Positions 35,939 through 48,588 of a DNA stretch of 64,000 nt are shown here, piece after piece. Position numbers and translations under genes: made by a program. Source of the stretch: Microthyrium microscopicum (taxonomy: Eukaryota); assembly GCA_010405405.1 (NCBI GenBank), contig MU004232.1, forward strand, positions 2,375,481 through 2,439,480, given 5' to 3'. The notes under the pieces are model-generated. The model was not told where the DNA came from. It saw nothing but the letters and a program-made list of their open reading frames with translations, and searched no databases. How positions within the stretch are numbered: the first letter of the stretch is position 1; every line of letters starts with the position of its first letter.

Positions 35939-37793
35939 GTTTAATATATGAGGACAAGGATAGCTGCGGGTAGGGGAATCTTCAAGTTACTCTCTCGATA
36001 TGAACTGGTGGGAGACTTGGCGAGGTGGGGTGTAGATATTAAGAATTCATGTGGTGAGTATGGAGGAGGAGTAGAGAAGAAATTAAAGGGAAAATTAGCA
36101 GTCAAGCGAAAACGCAACCGGATGGAAGATGGAAAAGCGCGGCGCAGACGAAGCAGAGGATGCGCACGCCTTTTGGGGAGAAGGAGCTAAAGGTAGGTGG
36201 AGCAGTTGCGCAGAGCGAATTGGATGAGATGCACAAGGGTCAAGCTGACGCGGCTGGGCGGTTGATGACGCACCTCTCTCACTGGTTAACTGATGCTGGC
36301 AGCAGTCTGGATCTTGATGTGAAGTTGAACGAGTGGATGTCTTCTGGCCACCTTGCTTTGCGCAGCAACTTGGCCGCTAAAAGAAGTCCTCTACAGTCCT
36401 TGGCCGGGCTGTGTTTGGAGCAGGTGGGTAATGCACAAGGGCGAGAGATGTGAATCAGATACTGGTACTTCGCGATACACGGTTGGCGGCTGTATTATCC
36501 AGGATCCCCAGGTCACTTACGGGGGTCTTGAATCTTTAGAGGTTCTCCAACTGCCTCTCTGTATGTCGCAGAACGACATCTGTCAGTAGCCTAGTTATAC
36601 AAAGAGACGCTTAAAGGTATGTCCAGTGCTTTGTCCTACAAGTTCGCCTATTTTTCTTTCTGCGCACTTGCCAAACATGGTCAAGCCTGGATTTGCCAAA
36701 GCTGAGCACCAATAGATCCGGATATTCATGGAGATGCCAACGAGGCTGCGTTTGTATCCTGCAAGACACAACCGTCACTGGTGGCAGTGCCATACCTGAC
36801 CGCTGTATGACCACTGAAATCTTACACACAGCAGCGATAGTCTGGCCATTACTGTGCGGCGGCTGTACCATCTTTATTCAAAAGAGAAGAAACATTTCTC
36901 TTAATTGGAAAAGTTGCGACAAATGTTTCCCATTTTCTGGACGTCTAAAGAGGGCAGTTGGGAATACCCTAGGCGCCCTACCGGATGTCAGTCAAGAGCG
37001 ACGCCGATCTGCTGGAAACAGGGGCATGCTGTAACATTTGGCTCTAAGCACTGGTTTCGGGAGGAGGTTGGCCAACACCCAGTAAATTTTTGCGATCAAG
37101 GGACGACCTGAATAATAAACCGCCTCATCCGTTGACACCCGCGGAACCATCTTCAAAGTGTCTGGACTTGAAAAAGCCTCCAACAACACCAGCCTCAAGA
37201 AAGGGTCCAGTATCGATATCTTGGAAATCGATAGATCTACGCAGGGGATGTTCTATATCCAGCCCTCGTATAACCTCAAGATGGCCATAACGGGCCAACA
37301 TATGGCAAACCAGAGTCATGATGCTGAAAGATGATTCCAGTACTGAGAGAATCCACCTTTGTGGGGTAAACTAGTTCTGTAGAGACTCGTCATCAGAGCA
37401 TCATGCATTCCAGACTTCCAGTTCAGGATTATTCGTGGAGCTTGATCTTGTGAGTGTCTTGAAAATTCCAATGCGGCAAAGAAAAGGTCCACAGAGGCAA
37501 GACATCTTGTTGAAAAAGTCTTGCTTTTTGATAGGATGTGATAGGTTCCGAAATTAGAAACGTAGGAGGCGCGGTTGTCAACGTGTGAGGCTCAAGGGAT
37601 TCGGCATCCCCACAAACCGGGCGAAAAGATCTGAGAGACGAACCAATCGGCTCGGGATGTATGTTGGTGGAGGTTGGCGGATAATTCCGTCGTTGAGAAG
37701 ACAAAGAGATGAGCCGAGAAAGAAATAATTCGCAAATCTTCAAATTTCGTGGTATTGTCACGTGATAGCGTGACAGCAAAACGCCAAGTCTTG

Positions 37794-37808
37794 CGCGTGT
37801 TGTCGCGT
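37794..37808. promoter_or_regulatory. Tandem MCB-like (ACGCG) cell-cycle boxes upstream of RFC4
   Basis: CGCGT at 37794 and 37804, ~100 nt upstream of the ATG of a DNA replication gene. A TCACGTGA E-box lies at ~37758. Confidence 0.35.
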
Positions 37809-37910
37809 CTGTCCAACTTCACTCGACCCATTGACATTTCCAACCCACCAAACAATCATACACAATACCGCAAAAATCCCACAACCTACTCTACCAGCCA
37901 AACAATCACC

Positions 37911-39023
37911 ATGACCAAAGCCGAGTCCTCCACCGCCGCCAGCAATGCCCTCAAAGCCAACACCACCAACGCCCCCGCCGGCTACGAACTCCCCTGGGTC
38001 GAAAAATACCGGCCCATCCTCCTCTCAGACATCGTCGGCAACACCGAAACAATCGAGCGTCTAAAAATCATCGCAAAAGACGGCAACATGCCGCACGTAA
38101 TAATCTCCGGAATGCCCGGCATCGGCAAAACCACCTCCGTTCTCTGTCTCGCGCGCGCCCTCCTCGGCGACGCCTACAAAGAAGCCGTCCTCGAACTCAA
38201 CGCCTCTGACGAGCGCGGCATCGACGTCGTCCGCAACCGCATCAAAGGCTTTGCGCAAAAGAAAGTCACACTACCGGAGGGTAGACAGAAATTGGTGATT
38301 TTGGATGAGGCGGATAGTATGACGAGTGGTGCGCAGCAGGCGTTGAGGCGGACGATGGAGATTTATAGTAATACGACGAGGTTTGCGTTTGCGTGTAATC
38401 AGAGTAACAAGATTATCGAGCCGTTGCAATCAAGGTGCGCGATATTGCGGTATAGTCGGTTGACGGACGCGCAGGTGTTGAAGAGACTGTTGCAGATTTG
38501 CGAGGCGGAGAATGTGCAGTATAGCGATGATGGGTTGGCGGGGTTGATCTTTTGTGCGGAGGGGGATATGAGGCAGGCGATCAATAATTTGCAGAGCACG
38601 TTTAGTGGGTTTGGGTTTGTTAATGGGGATAATGTGTTCAAGGTTGCGGATTCGCCGCATCCGATTAAGGTGCAGGCTATGCTCAAGTGCTGCTATGATG
38701 GGAAGATTGACGAGGGGCTTGATAATTTGCAGGAGTTATGGTATGATCATATCAGAGTGAGATGCGATTCGTATACTGACATTGACAGGGATTTGGGTTA
38801 CTCTTGTCATGATATTATCAGCACCATGTTCCGAGTCACGAAGACGATGCCATCGTTATCAGAGCACGCGAAGCTCGAATACATCCGCGAGATTGGATTC
38901 ACTCACATGAGAATCCTTGAAGGAGTTCAAACTCTCTTGCAATTATCAGGCTGTTTGGCGCGTCTGTCGAAGATCAACATGAAGCCAGGCCAGTTTACTC
39001 TACCATCACATGATCTAGTATGA
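37911..39023 (+). CDS. RFC4: Replication factor C small subunit (yeast Rfc4 / human RFC2 type), 1 intron
   Basis: [10 protein letters not shown], Walker [35 protein letters not shown] motif and [11 protein letters not shown]. The in-frame intron (~38741-38788) is included in the ORF track. Confidence 0.96.
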   Translation: MTKAESSTAASNALKANTTNAPAGYELPWVEKYRPILLSDIVGNTETIERLKIIAKDGNMPHVIISGMPGIGKTTSVLCLARALLGDAYKEAVLELNASDERGIDVVRNRIKGFAQKKVTLPEGRQKLVILDEADSMTSGAQQALRRTMEIYSNTTRFAFACNQSNKIIEPLQSRCAILRYSRLTDAQVLKRLLQICEAENVQYSDDGLAGLIFCAEGDMRQAINNLQSTFSGFGFVNGDNVFKVADSPHPIKVQAMLKCCYDGKIDEGLDNLQELWYDHIRVRCDSYTDIDRDLGYSCHDIISTMFRVTKTMPSLSEHAKLEYIREIGFTHMRILEGVQTLLQLSGCLARLSKINMKPGQFTLPSHDLV

Positions 39024-39413
39024 GTTCAATCACACTAAAGCATAATCCGGGACGAATAGCTACCCTCATCAGCTGTGCTTGATCGACAAAAGATTCAGCA
39101 GTCACAAACCAACGATTATGACTACGTGAGTCAGTACGTCGCTCTGAGTTGAGGCCAACAATGGGTGAAGAGTTAGACATTCGTATATGTACAGGCTTTT
39201 CAAAAATGCTTTATGAACATAACTCTAGGAGGCTACAAATTACCTGCGCCATGCTATGCCGCTTTGCTTTGTATCCGAGCATAACGCCATTGAGGCAAAA
39301 CAGCCAATGGGCTATGCATGAAGGAAAGATATAACGAGTCCAACCCAATTCAATGAATAAATCCCCTCATCTTTCATTTCTAGTGTCGTGTTCAATTCTG
39401 AGTAGAATCATCT

Positions 39414-41127
39414 CTACATCATCATTCGCTGCATGCTGTTCGAGGCATATTTCTAGCATGGGTTAGCACGAGTCTCAATTCAATATTTAAAAACCTACCA
39501 TTGGTGGAATGTCCGGATGTGGAACTGCATCGAATTTGTGGAATTCCAGCTTGTACTCAGGTCCAATGTTGATGTATGCGCCCTTGTTTTCTGTGGAATC
39601 GCAATATCTTGGTGCAGAGAAGACTGTTTATGGTCAGAAGGTTAACTTTGACATCTCCAAAGAGAAACTTACCAGTAATGCAGCGTCCATCATGCTCAGC
39701 CTCATATCCCTCCATACGCACTTCGTGACTCCGAATAATCGCCTCGAGTCCATTCTTCTCGCAGAATCGCTTCGTGACATCCGGCCCGAACTGTAGACCC
39801 ACACCACGCTTACTTGGTCCTCGACCTGGCATTGTCTGTGGATCGGTCCACAACATCTCCATCATCAGACCACTCTGGCCTGGCTGGCGCTGTCCATGAC
39901 GATTTAGCTTGCGAATATCGTCTAGAGTGATGGAATCGTCGCTGAACAGTCCTCCATGTAACGTTAGAAACTTGGAGCCGATGAGAGTTGCGAGGGGAAG
40001 TGCGCTGAAAGATTCGCTGAAAAGTTTGTAGACACGCTCGTTGTATTTGGCCCGGCATTCGCCCTCGAAACCGTACATGCGGTTCATGTCATCTGTCTCG
40101 TGATTGCCGCGGTTGAGGAAGAAGGTAGTAGGATACATCCACTTGTAAGCATATAGTAGGAGGGCTACCTCGGTGGACCAGGAGCCGCGATCTACGAAAT
40201 CGCCGTTGAAGAGATAGCCGTGAGTCTTGCTAGGATGGCCGTTGAGGCGGAAGATTTCGAGTAGATCGAAGTATTGACCTAATTATATCAGAATCTGTTC
40301 ATCGAGTCTACTGTGGAAGCTTACCGTGAGTATCACCGCACACCGTGAGTTGGCAATCCTTTTCAACCTGCATCTCCACCATTGTAGGTTCGTTGTATAC
40401 CAAATCCTTGACTGCCAATATTATCTGGAAAACATATTTGCGATGTAGTTTCTTTCCATCCTTGAATCGTTGTATCATGTCGTCAATGAACTCTTGTGTC
40501 ATCTCCTTTCCTAATTCTACACCGTCGTAATCATCCTCTATCGACATGGATTCAAGATGCAAGCCATCGGCAGCTGAAGGTGGGTCTGCAATCTCAATAG
40601 CCTTGAGAAATGCATCGCGCTTGACTATCTTTTGACATTCGTCGTAACGTGCTCTCGCTATCGCATCTTTGGGGTTCTTTTGCATGACAATCTTCCAGTC
40701 TCGTAAGGCATCCTTGTGATGAAGGATCGCGGTGTTCGATACGGCTCGTCGGTAATATGCCTGGTTCGTCAGATGTATTCGAATAGAGCCGATACAAGAG
40801 GGCTCGTAATAGGCATTCATACCTTTGCGTTGTTAGGATCGATCTCAATAGCTTTTGTCGCATCAGCGATGGCGAATCCATATGCTTCTACACGGATGTT
40901 TGCCTATAAGTAATGCCGCGTGGTTAGCCAGCTCTTCATGGTCGCGTGCGTGGTGCTCATCGCGAAATAGGAAAAGTGAGTACCTGGGCACGATTTGTGT
41001 AAAATGAAGGCTCCTTATCGTATATTTCTATGGCTTTCGTGTAATATTCGAGAGCTTCAGGCCAATTATGCTCTTTGAATGCCGCATTGCCCTTCTCTTT
41101 CAGGGCGATTGCCTCTTCTTTCGACAT
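39414..41127 (-). CDS. PPT1: Ser/Thr protein phosphatase 5 (TPR + PPP catalytic domain), multi-exon
   Basis: TPR start ([10 protein letters not shown]), [37 protein letters not shown]-type motif, IIRSHEV and FSAPRYCD. Ends ...MQRMMM*. Confidence 0.95.
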
Positions 41128-41370
41128 GTTTGGGTGAGGTCTGAAGGCTTGATTGTGGGGGTTCGTATATGATATGAGCGGCGAGAGTAGCCAAAAATGT
41201 AGAATACGCTACAGTGTCAAGTAGCAAATCGACCAAAGGTTCGTGATCGAAGGCAGAAAGGTCAATGGGATGGAAAGTGATGGACAAAGAATTAATCTTT
41301 GGCTTGGTGATGCGCTGAAGTGCAGGGGTCTGGAGGGGCATCCTAGCCTAGCAACGGCTCGACTAAATAG

Positions 41371-41786
41371 ATGGCAAACTCCCATCAATGATCAAGTGCT
41401 ATGGCTCCCACCGCTGCTGCTAACCAAAGGGGTGCTACAATTTTCCATCGTACTCGATCAAGAATTGGGATTTGGGTAGGTCTCTCAGGACATAAAATGC
41501 TCGATGATAGAACCAGCGGCGAGCGCGACGGACCAGTGAAAGGGATGGCATACTCCCATCCAGTGCTGTGGCTCCCACCAATGCTACTGAGCAAAAGATG
41601 CTATATTTCCAATCGTATTCGATAAATGAATTTGATTTTGAACATCCCCTCCAGGACATGAAATCCTCGATCATAACCTAGCGTAACGGAATAGCAAAAC
41701 AAACAGCACACTCCCATCAGGGGTTATGGCTCCCATCAACACCACTAAGCAAAAGATGCCATCATTCCCATCCTATTCGATAAGCC
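41371..41786. repeat. Degenerate tandem repeat, ~3 copies of ~160-175 bp
   Basis: ACTCCCATC..TGGCTCCCA..CAAA(A/G)G..TGC..CCATC/CAATC..TA(C/T)TCGAT recurs at 41378, 41552 and 41710. Confidence 0.8.
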
Positions 41787-42054
41787 TATAAGAAATGGCC
41801 GCCTGATTCGGGAAGTAAAATACTTGAAGGCAGAACGTAGCATGTGGGAGCCAGTGAAGCTGATGGGGCAGCGTCATTTACATAGTTAGTCCGTTGAGCT
41901 ACATGGAATCAACTATATCACGGATGCCGTTTCGGTTCTTGTCAATGGAAACATCTGTATGTCCACATATCGCGGCTAGTACTTGGGTCTCTATCGAGCT
42001 AATCAACACCGTCATATCACTTGGCCTTACACTGACTGATTTAGCTCTGAGAAG

Positions 42055-45000
42055 CTAGGAGGCCAGCAGTGCTCCTTTCTCCTTGACGCGAGCGTCGACA
42101 TAGTCCTGGACGTCTTCCTCTGGTCTCATACGCAAGATCTTGAGTACCGTGTCGTCCCTTGGTTGCACGAAAACTTCCTCGTCTTCCTCTGTTTGGGGAG
42201 TGTTTATATTTCCTAACATTGGTCTAAAGCGCTGCTGCCATGCCTCTTCTTGTCGAACACAAGTTGCGACAGGATTGGCTTTACATAATGCCATCAAGGA
42301 CCTGGAACCCTCGAAGTAGAATGCATGCAGGCTTTTCAAATCGTACTACTGATAGCATTTGAGGATCTTGCGAGTAAAGCTATCTTGCATGCCCATGTTT
42401 TTGCCAATGGTTTGGAAGTATTCGAATAGCAGCTTTCGTAGTTAGCTTGGAGCAGAGTGCCAAAAGAGAATCAAAAAGTACTTACCTGGAGACACTAGAA
42501 AACGACATCTACTTGTTCCTGCTCTAGTGGTTGTTGTTGGGTTGTCCTGCGATAGAGAGTGGGAAGAAGAAGAGATTCAATCATCATTAGTATGTCCTTC
42601 CAAACATCTTTCAGTACTGATAACAATCCAGGCTCAGTTAAAATCGCTTCCAGGGTACCCAAATGCTTGCTGAACTTTTGGAATAGAGGATCGAGAGCGA
42701 TTGCAACCTTTTCCGGGTCTGGTATAGCGGAACCAATTAGGTAGTACCTACGTGCTGGATGCGTCCGATAGAGGTCTACAGTTCTTAATAGTGCAGTGCC
42801 ATGACAGGTATTGCTTTGAACAAAACAAGAACTACAAAATTTAGCTCAACCTTAGCGAAAGATCAAAGATACTATACGTTATTAGCAATGCCATAAATCA
42901 TATTTTTCTTCGTTCTTTCAAGGGACCTGAAGGTGTCACTCGTGTACAATTGAATACCTTCTCGCACTTCTTCTGCGCTGATATTCAGAAGAAGCTGACC
43001 TTGTGGCTTCATGTCGAGCCATAGCTGTCTAGGATCGCGTCTTGTAAAATCTGACGCCTCGATAGTCAAATATGCCACATAGGGCAGATCATCAGCTGGG
43101 CTCCAATTCCAGATAGTAGCCTGAATTTTCTCGGGCCCATTTGTGTTATAATCCATTTCACTGTTCCAATGAGGATCTAGACTGTCAAGGGCGATGCGAG
43201 ATTTGGCCAATATGTTCTGTTGCTCATCCGACAATAAGACATAAGGACACATTGAGCCGCTGCGGAGTTCTAGTAAACCTTCAGCTTTGACGATGTGTAT
43301 GGCAACTTTGTGAAGCGCCTTAGTCTTTGCATTTTCCTGCAGGATCTGTGCCCACGCATCGACCTGCATCTTGGTCTTAAGTGTTACGCAACGAGAGATA
43401 GCGTTTTCGAGGTCGTTAAGCATGGCAAGCGGCGTGTATGCTGCGATCTGGGAAGTGTCTCCTTGCTTCTCTGCCGTTGCATCAAAATCCACCTCAATCA
43501 GCGAATCGCCCATTGCTGCGGTGAACATTTGCCAAAGAACCTGAGCATATTTGGTGACGCACCTGTTAATACCTTTGGACATGATGGTCATAAATTCAGC
43601 GTATTGCAGTTTGTTCTTCCAGCGCAGCTCGACAAGCCGATCGACACATTTGCGCAAAGCGTCGAACATTTCGATGATAGACATGCTTTGGCGTCTGTAA
43701 CTTAACTCGGTTCCCACTATTGTGAAGTCGTCCTTGCTAATACTACTGGCAATGTTGAAGAGTGCCTCGCTCGCTTCTTCCAGCCAGTGTAAAACAAACT
43801 TCTCGAGCAAAGTTTCGGCCGGGAGTTCCAATATCGGACCATCATCTCCAGCTTGAGGCCCAACTTCGTCATACACTCGGCGCATCTCTACTAGTGTTCT
43901 GCAAAGGTCGAATATTACACCATTGTCAATAGCATACTCCTGGGCTTGACTCATCTTTCCAACCTCAGAGATTAGTCTTTTGACATCTCTTGCGTAGGAA
44001 GGGAACACATCCTCGATGAAAATGGCTGAGACGTTCACATCCATGACTACCAAAACTTCTGTGTACAGCGACTGGGTGTTCTCGACAATCGCGAGGATAC
44101 TATCCCCTAGCTGAGCCACCTTGTGAAGCTGCGACTCATCATTGCCCGGCCGGGATATGATATCAGTATACATTAATCGGTATGCATCTATAGCTTTTCG
44201 ACGCAAAATGTATCGCATTTCTGCAGTCCCTCGTCTCCGGTATGTGGCAGTTTCGAGCAAGTCATCATCAGTATAAATATGCTCCCTGAGTGTATATAGT
44301 ATCCTACTGATGGGGAGCGGGCCCGCCGTATAACAGGTCGTCATTCCATGAAATAGTAGCATCATAAGCTTGTCATGCACATCCTCAAGGACTTCTCGGT
44401 AGAGCTCCAGATCAATAATAGGCCACTGTGCGATGACAGAATTATGATAGGTGGATTTGTCGGTTTCTTGAGACCCTAGTTCTGGAAAACAGGACTCTTT
44501 GAAGAATTCGAAAGCTGCTTCTAGGATATCTTGATCTATACCATTGTGTATTTGTCGTATGACGTTGAGAAATAGAATGCAACGCGAAGCATGAGGTATA
44601 TGCCATCGAGTGCCTAATTCTTTGAGCAATTGAGATGAGGCCTTAGATAGGAGTGGGTTGCCTGTAAACTCGGTTCTAGGCTTATGCGATAGCCTGCTCT
44701 GATCATATGGATATGTTTTGATGTCATATGTTTTGATATCATGCCAGAGTGCCTGTTCCATGACAATACGATACTGTTCTCGAGGGTATACGGGGATGAA
44801 GACATAAGGCCTATCATTTTCTTGGCGAGTGTCCTCTCCTTGATCGTCGAACCAGGACTTGCTAGCGTATTCTCGTTTCTTGTCTGGGAGGAGAAGAGAG
44901 ACGACCAGCCGTGCGGGATCTGCAGATTCTCTAATGCTCCAAGCCTTATACGCCTCCTCTGTGCTAAAATCAGAGCGGTGCAAGCATGTCGAGTGTTCTT

Positions 45001-45781
45001 GGTCCAGCCTTCTGTGGTAAGTCTTGGGGTCTTGCAGCGCAGCATCCTGGGTCCAGATAGTCCAATTTCGAACAATATCTTCCTTTAATGTAATGGAAGG
45101 AATATCGAATAAATGCAAGACTGCGAAGAATAGGTTCGTTTTCTCATATTCATGTGTCCATGGTGACCTGGCTACCTGCAACTGACCATTAGCATCAATG
45201 CCATGGGCATCGCTCCTCGCGGCGACAAAGGAGATGAGACCGTTTTCCAGTTTGCGAGAATGCGCAAGCAATGTCAGACGGCTTGTTTCCCACGATGTAT
45301 CCACGAAAGCATGCAAAACTTGTTCGAACAGGCGACTGAAAACAATCAAGTGACGAAGCACTGTCAGAGTCCAAAAATTGGCGTCCGCTAACAGCAGCAC
45401 ATTCTTCGGCTCGCTTTTCATAGCGGAAGCTAAGACGAGCAGTATATCCCGTACTCGTAGTATGCGCAGTGCTGGATTTTGGTGATAGAAAATTTTAAGG
45501 ATATTTGAGAGAGTAGCGAAGTTGGCATATAGCAAAGGAGCAGTGTACTCAAGCACTTCTTTGCGTTCCACAAAGCTTTTGATTTCGTGGCTCAGTGTCA
45601 CTACTGAACCAGGCGGCAGATAGTCTACCTGCACGGGCTCCCAGAGTTGAGCATACTCCTCAAAGGCCTCAGGTAATCTCTGCACAGTTTCGGCCAGCCT
45701 TTGAGGCCATTGCGCGCTGAAAACGTAGGTAGTGTTGAGAAAATCGAGATATGCCACGCGAAGAGCATAGGTAGTTATATG
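42055..45781 (-). pseudogene. Divergent Munc13-homology (MHD1-C2-MHD2) fungal protein, Git1/YOR296W-like, with premature stops
   Basis: YALRVAYLDFL, YVFIPVYPREQYR, a C2 domain (IHIVKAEGL..PYVLLSDE..LAKSR..LDPHW), WKDILMMIESLLLP and DDTVLKILRMRP. In-frame TAG stops at 42497-42495 and 42348-42346. No ATG precedes the YALRVAY motif. Confidence 0.75.
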
Positions 45782-45799
45782 TTAGTTTGTCGGATTCGA

Positions 45800-48227
45800 T
45801 CATTGCAAGCTCTGGAGCCTCCTGGATTTTGTTGAGTCTGCAACTAGCAATGGGTATTCCGTAGCAGCAATAGGAGCTAGATCAGAGTGTCCATGGCGAG
45901 CTTTAAAGAACTTTCCTGTTGCGAAGTCCCAGACCATGTCCAAAGTGGCAGGGACCTTTGCTTGATCTACCTGGTCCTCCGAATAATTCTCAGGGTCATC
46001 CTTTGAGGTTCTATCCTCGTCTTCAAAGTCGTTGGAAGATGTGCTAGAATCTTCTGAGAAGGTCTCTTTGGCGTCCTGAGATCTTGAACCTTGGGCATTG
46101 TCTTGAGGCAAGTTTGAATCGTTATCTAATTTCTCGTCACCGGCCGAATAGTCGGCTCGCGGAATTGCGAACAGGGAGAGTTGTTGAAGATGTCGAGATA
46201 TATGAGTCTTCATGTTCTTGGTTCTCTGGTAGCACAGGTTGCATATGCCACCAGGACATTGTGAAGGCCGCCGAAATATTTGTAAAAGCTCTGGCGAGGA
46301 CTGGAGATCTATGCAATGATCATCCTTCAGATGTATCTCGAAGCTCGTCTGTTCCATATGTACTTGATGACCGGCAGTGTTACAGAAAAACTCAACTCGG
46401 TGGTATTGGAGTTCATGGCTGTACCACTTATCCTGATCTTCGAAAATGTGATCAGGAAGGTTGCAATCGGGGTATGTACAAACATAAGGTTGTATATCAT
46501 TGAGGACGTGCTTTCTGGACGACGATTGAAAGTTAGCAAAGGTGTAAAGTGTGACCTAATTATGGAGACCGGCACATTTGTGGAAATTGGAAAGCAGGAA
46601 CTTACTTCCAGGAGCGATCGGACCGAATATAGGGAGTGAGAGAACAGTAAGCGCATTCGAATCTTGTCAAATGGACTCCGTTTTGGCTACTCGTTGGCCT
46701 TGGAGGTACCTCAATTCCGATTTCTCGAGTCCTTTCGCTACCTGCGAGTGAGGTCCTCGACTGAGTCGACTCTGATTCAGCTATGGATGGAGCGAATAAA
46801 GGTGTAGTGTCTAATAAGGTCGAACCTTCCATTCGTAATTTACTGGCTCTAGTCGGAAAGGTCCACCAACTACTTTCTGGTCTATTGTGAGTCTCGTGAG
46901 CTATTTGAGTGTCTAGTTCGCCGAATACTTTGGAGTCGTTCCCAATGCTCGCTGTATCTTGTAGCTTGAAAGTCGAAGCTACGACATGGGACTTGGATCT
47001 TATGTTAGTTCGGAGGCCAGCTTTATGTTTCTGCCGGTAAATCAGTAGTTGTCGGCGTCTAGTGATCATCTTCCCCAAGCGCAGTTTTACTATTGGGCTA
47101 AGTCGCTCATCGGGAAACTTGTCCAGAACATATGCCACGTCGAAATGCTGAAAATGCGATACTTCCTCTGCTGATTTGTCATTCAGACGGTCGACTGGTG
47201 CTGGTCTACGAAGTGGAAGCTTGTAAAGACAAGTCACGAGGAGTCTGATGGAATCGACGAGTTGTTGTAATTCGGTCCTTCCGCGAGCCTGTACGGGCGG
47301 TTGCTCTGGTGGTCTCATTGTAGCTGTCTTCTCTGATGCAGGTGCCGTATGTTTCTTGTCCGATGACTGCGCAATCGCATCGGCCTCTGTTTCAGAGTCT
47401 GAAGATACTTCCCATGGGGAGTCTTCTTCTTTTTCAGTAGTTTGTGCTTCCAGCCCATGCTCGGAGAGACCTCCATCATTGGAGTCAGAGTCTGACGAAA
47501 GCGCATCAAACGGTATGCGGTCTCCTTTCAAGATTTGGATCGCTTTTGTGGTTTGACGCCTCAAAGTATCCATGAGTTTCAAGACCTGTCATGGTACAGT
47601 TAGTTTGCTGTACAACGAGTTTATCGGCATAATTTTGGATATAGTGATAGAATCGAGCACTCAAAACAAGAATCGATTGCGTCTTCAAGAAGAGGTCAAT
47701 AAGAAGAAGAAACAGCACAGTACCTGATCTCGATAGAAAGAAGCTTCTCTCAGCCTGTAGTCCAAAGACAGTCGATACGTCTTTCCACAATGCGCAGCTC
47801 CGACATTTCCTGCCCAGAGACAATACTTGTCAAACTCCTCCGTTAAATGCTGATGATAATTTCCGGACGTCATTGCAATCTTGCAGAGCTCACCCAAGGA
47901 GGCGTAGCAATCTTCATGTCGTTCAGAGATGGTCATCGCCGCTTCGCTCGGGGTTCCGCTGGCTGCATATAGGTTCGTCGGCTTGTTGGAGTCGCTGGTT
48001 GATCCCAGTGATAAGTCTCCCGGTGTATACTTCCGCTGTTCTGTTCTCACCTCAGTCAGCCATGAGCCTCTCCGCACTGCTCGCTGCGGAGGCAGACTCT
48101 CGCTCGGGTGCAGTGGGATAGACATCTTTGAATTGTTATCATCTTCATCCTCATCAGCAGAGGATAGCAGAGCCTCTGTATCAGGTGAAGCACGCGCCAC
48201 AGCCTGATGGCCCTTTTTGGCCGACAT
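45800..48227 (-). CDS. Fungal 'WAGNVGA..SLDYRLR' N-terminal-domain protein with C2H2-type zinc fingers, 3 exons
   Basis: Exons 48227-47724, 47585-46606 and 46514-45800. Motifs LWAGNVGAAH..SLDYRLREAS, RLGKMITRRRQLLIYR..H, FECAYC..WKKHVLNDIQPYVCTYPDC..WYSHE..H and CNLC..KTHISRHLQQLSLFAIP. Confidence 0.8.
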
Positions 48228-48588
48228 GACAATTGATGATAGCGATATTGGTGACCTTTACCTAGGAGTGCATATCCTACAGCGTGAAGACTTAACCGAA
48301 TCTACCTAAACAGGCACTGCGACTGCGATAAACACACCCATCGGAACGGCAGAAAATATAAAGGCTTCTTCATTGGGGCTGAAGATGCGGGGCTAACCAC
48401 ATATTGTACGTGTATGGCAGGTGCTGACCAGTCTTGTATCACGATTTAGGCGCCGTGCAGATGACTGCATGGCCGGGCGACGACCCGAAACTTCCAAAGT
48501 GAGCTTTCCAGCTTTGCCTTTTAACCCCAATATTCTTTCGATCGGTCATAACTGCCGATATAGGTGGTTTGACTCTGTTGATGCCAGC

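Noticed and set aside
36300..37780. Scattered 60-116 aa ORFs between the aspartic protease and RFC4
   Set aside because: No coherent gene model; probably divergent promoter DNA or an unrecognisable relic.
41371..41786. CRISPR-like interpretation of the triple repeat
   Set aside because: Eukaryotic context; the units are long and degenerate along their whole length, with no constant repeat/unique spacer structure.
4021..45802. Attributing the premature stops to RIP
   Set aside because: Any stop is one C-to-T change from CAA/CAG/CGA, so that alone is not evidence, and the surrounding DNA is not visibly AT-enriched. A RIP index calculation would be needed.
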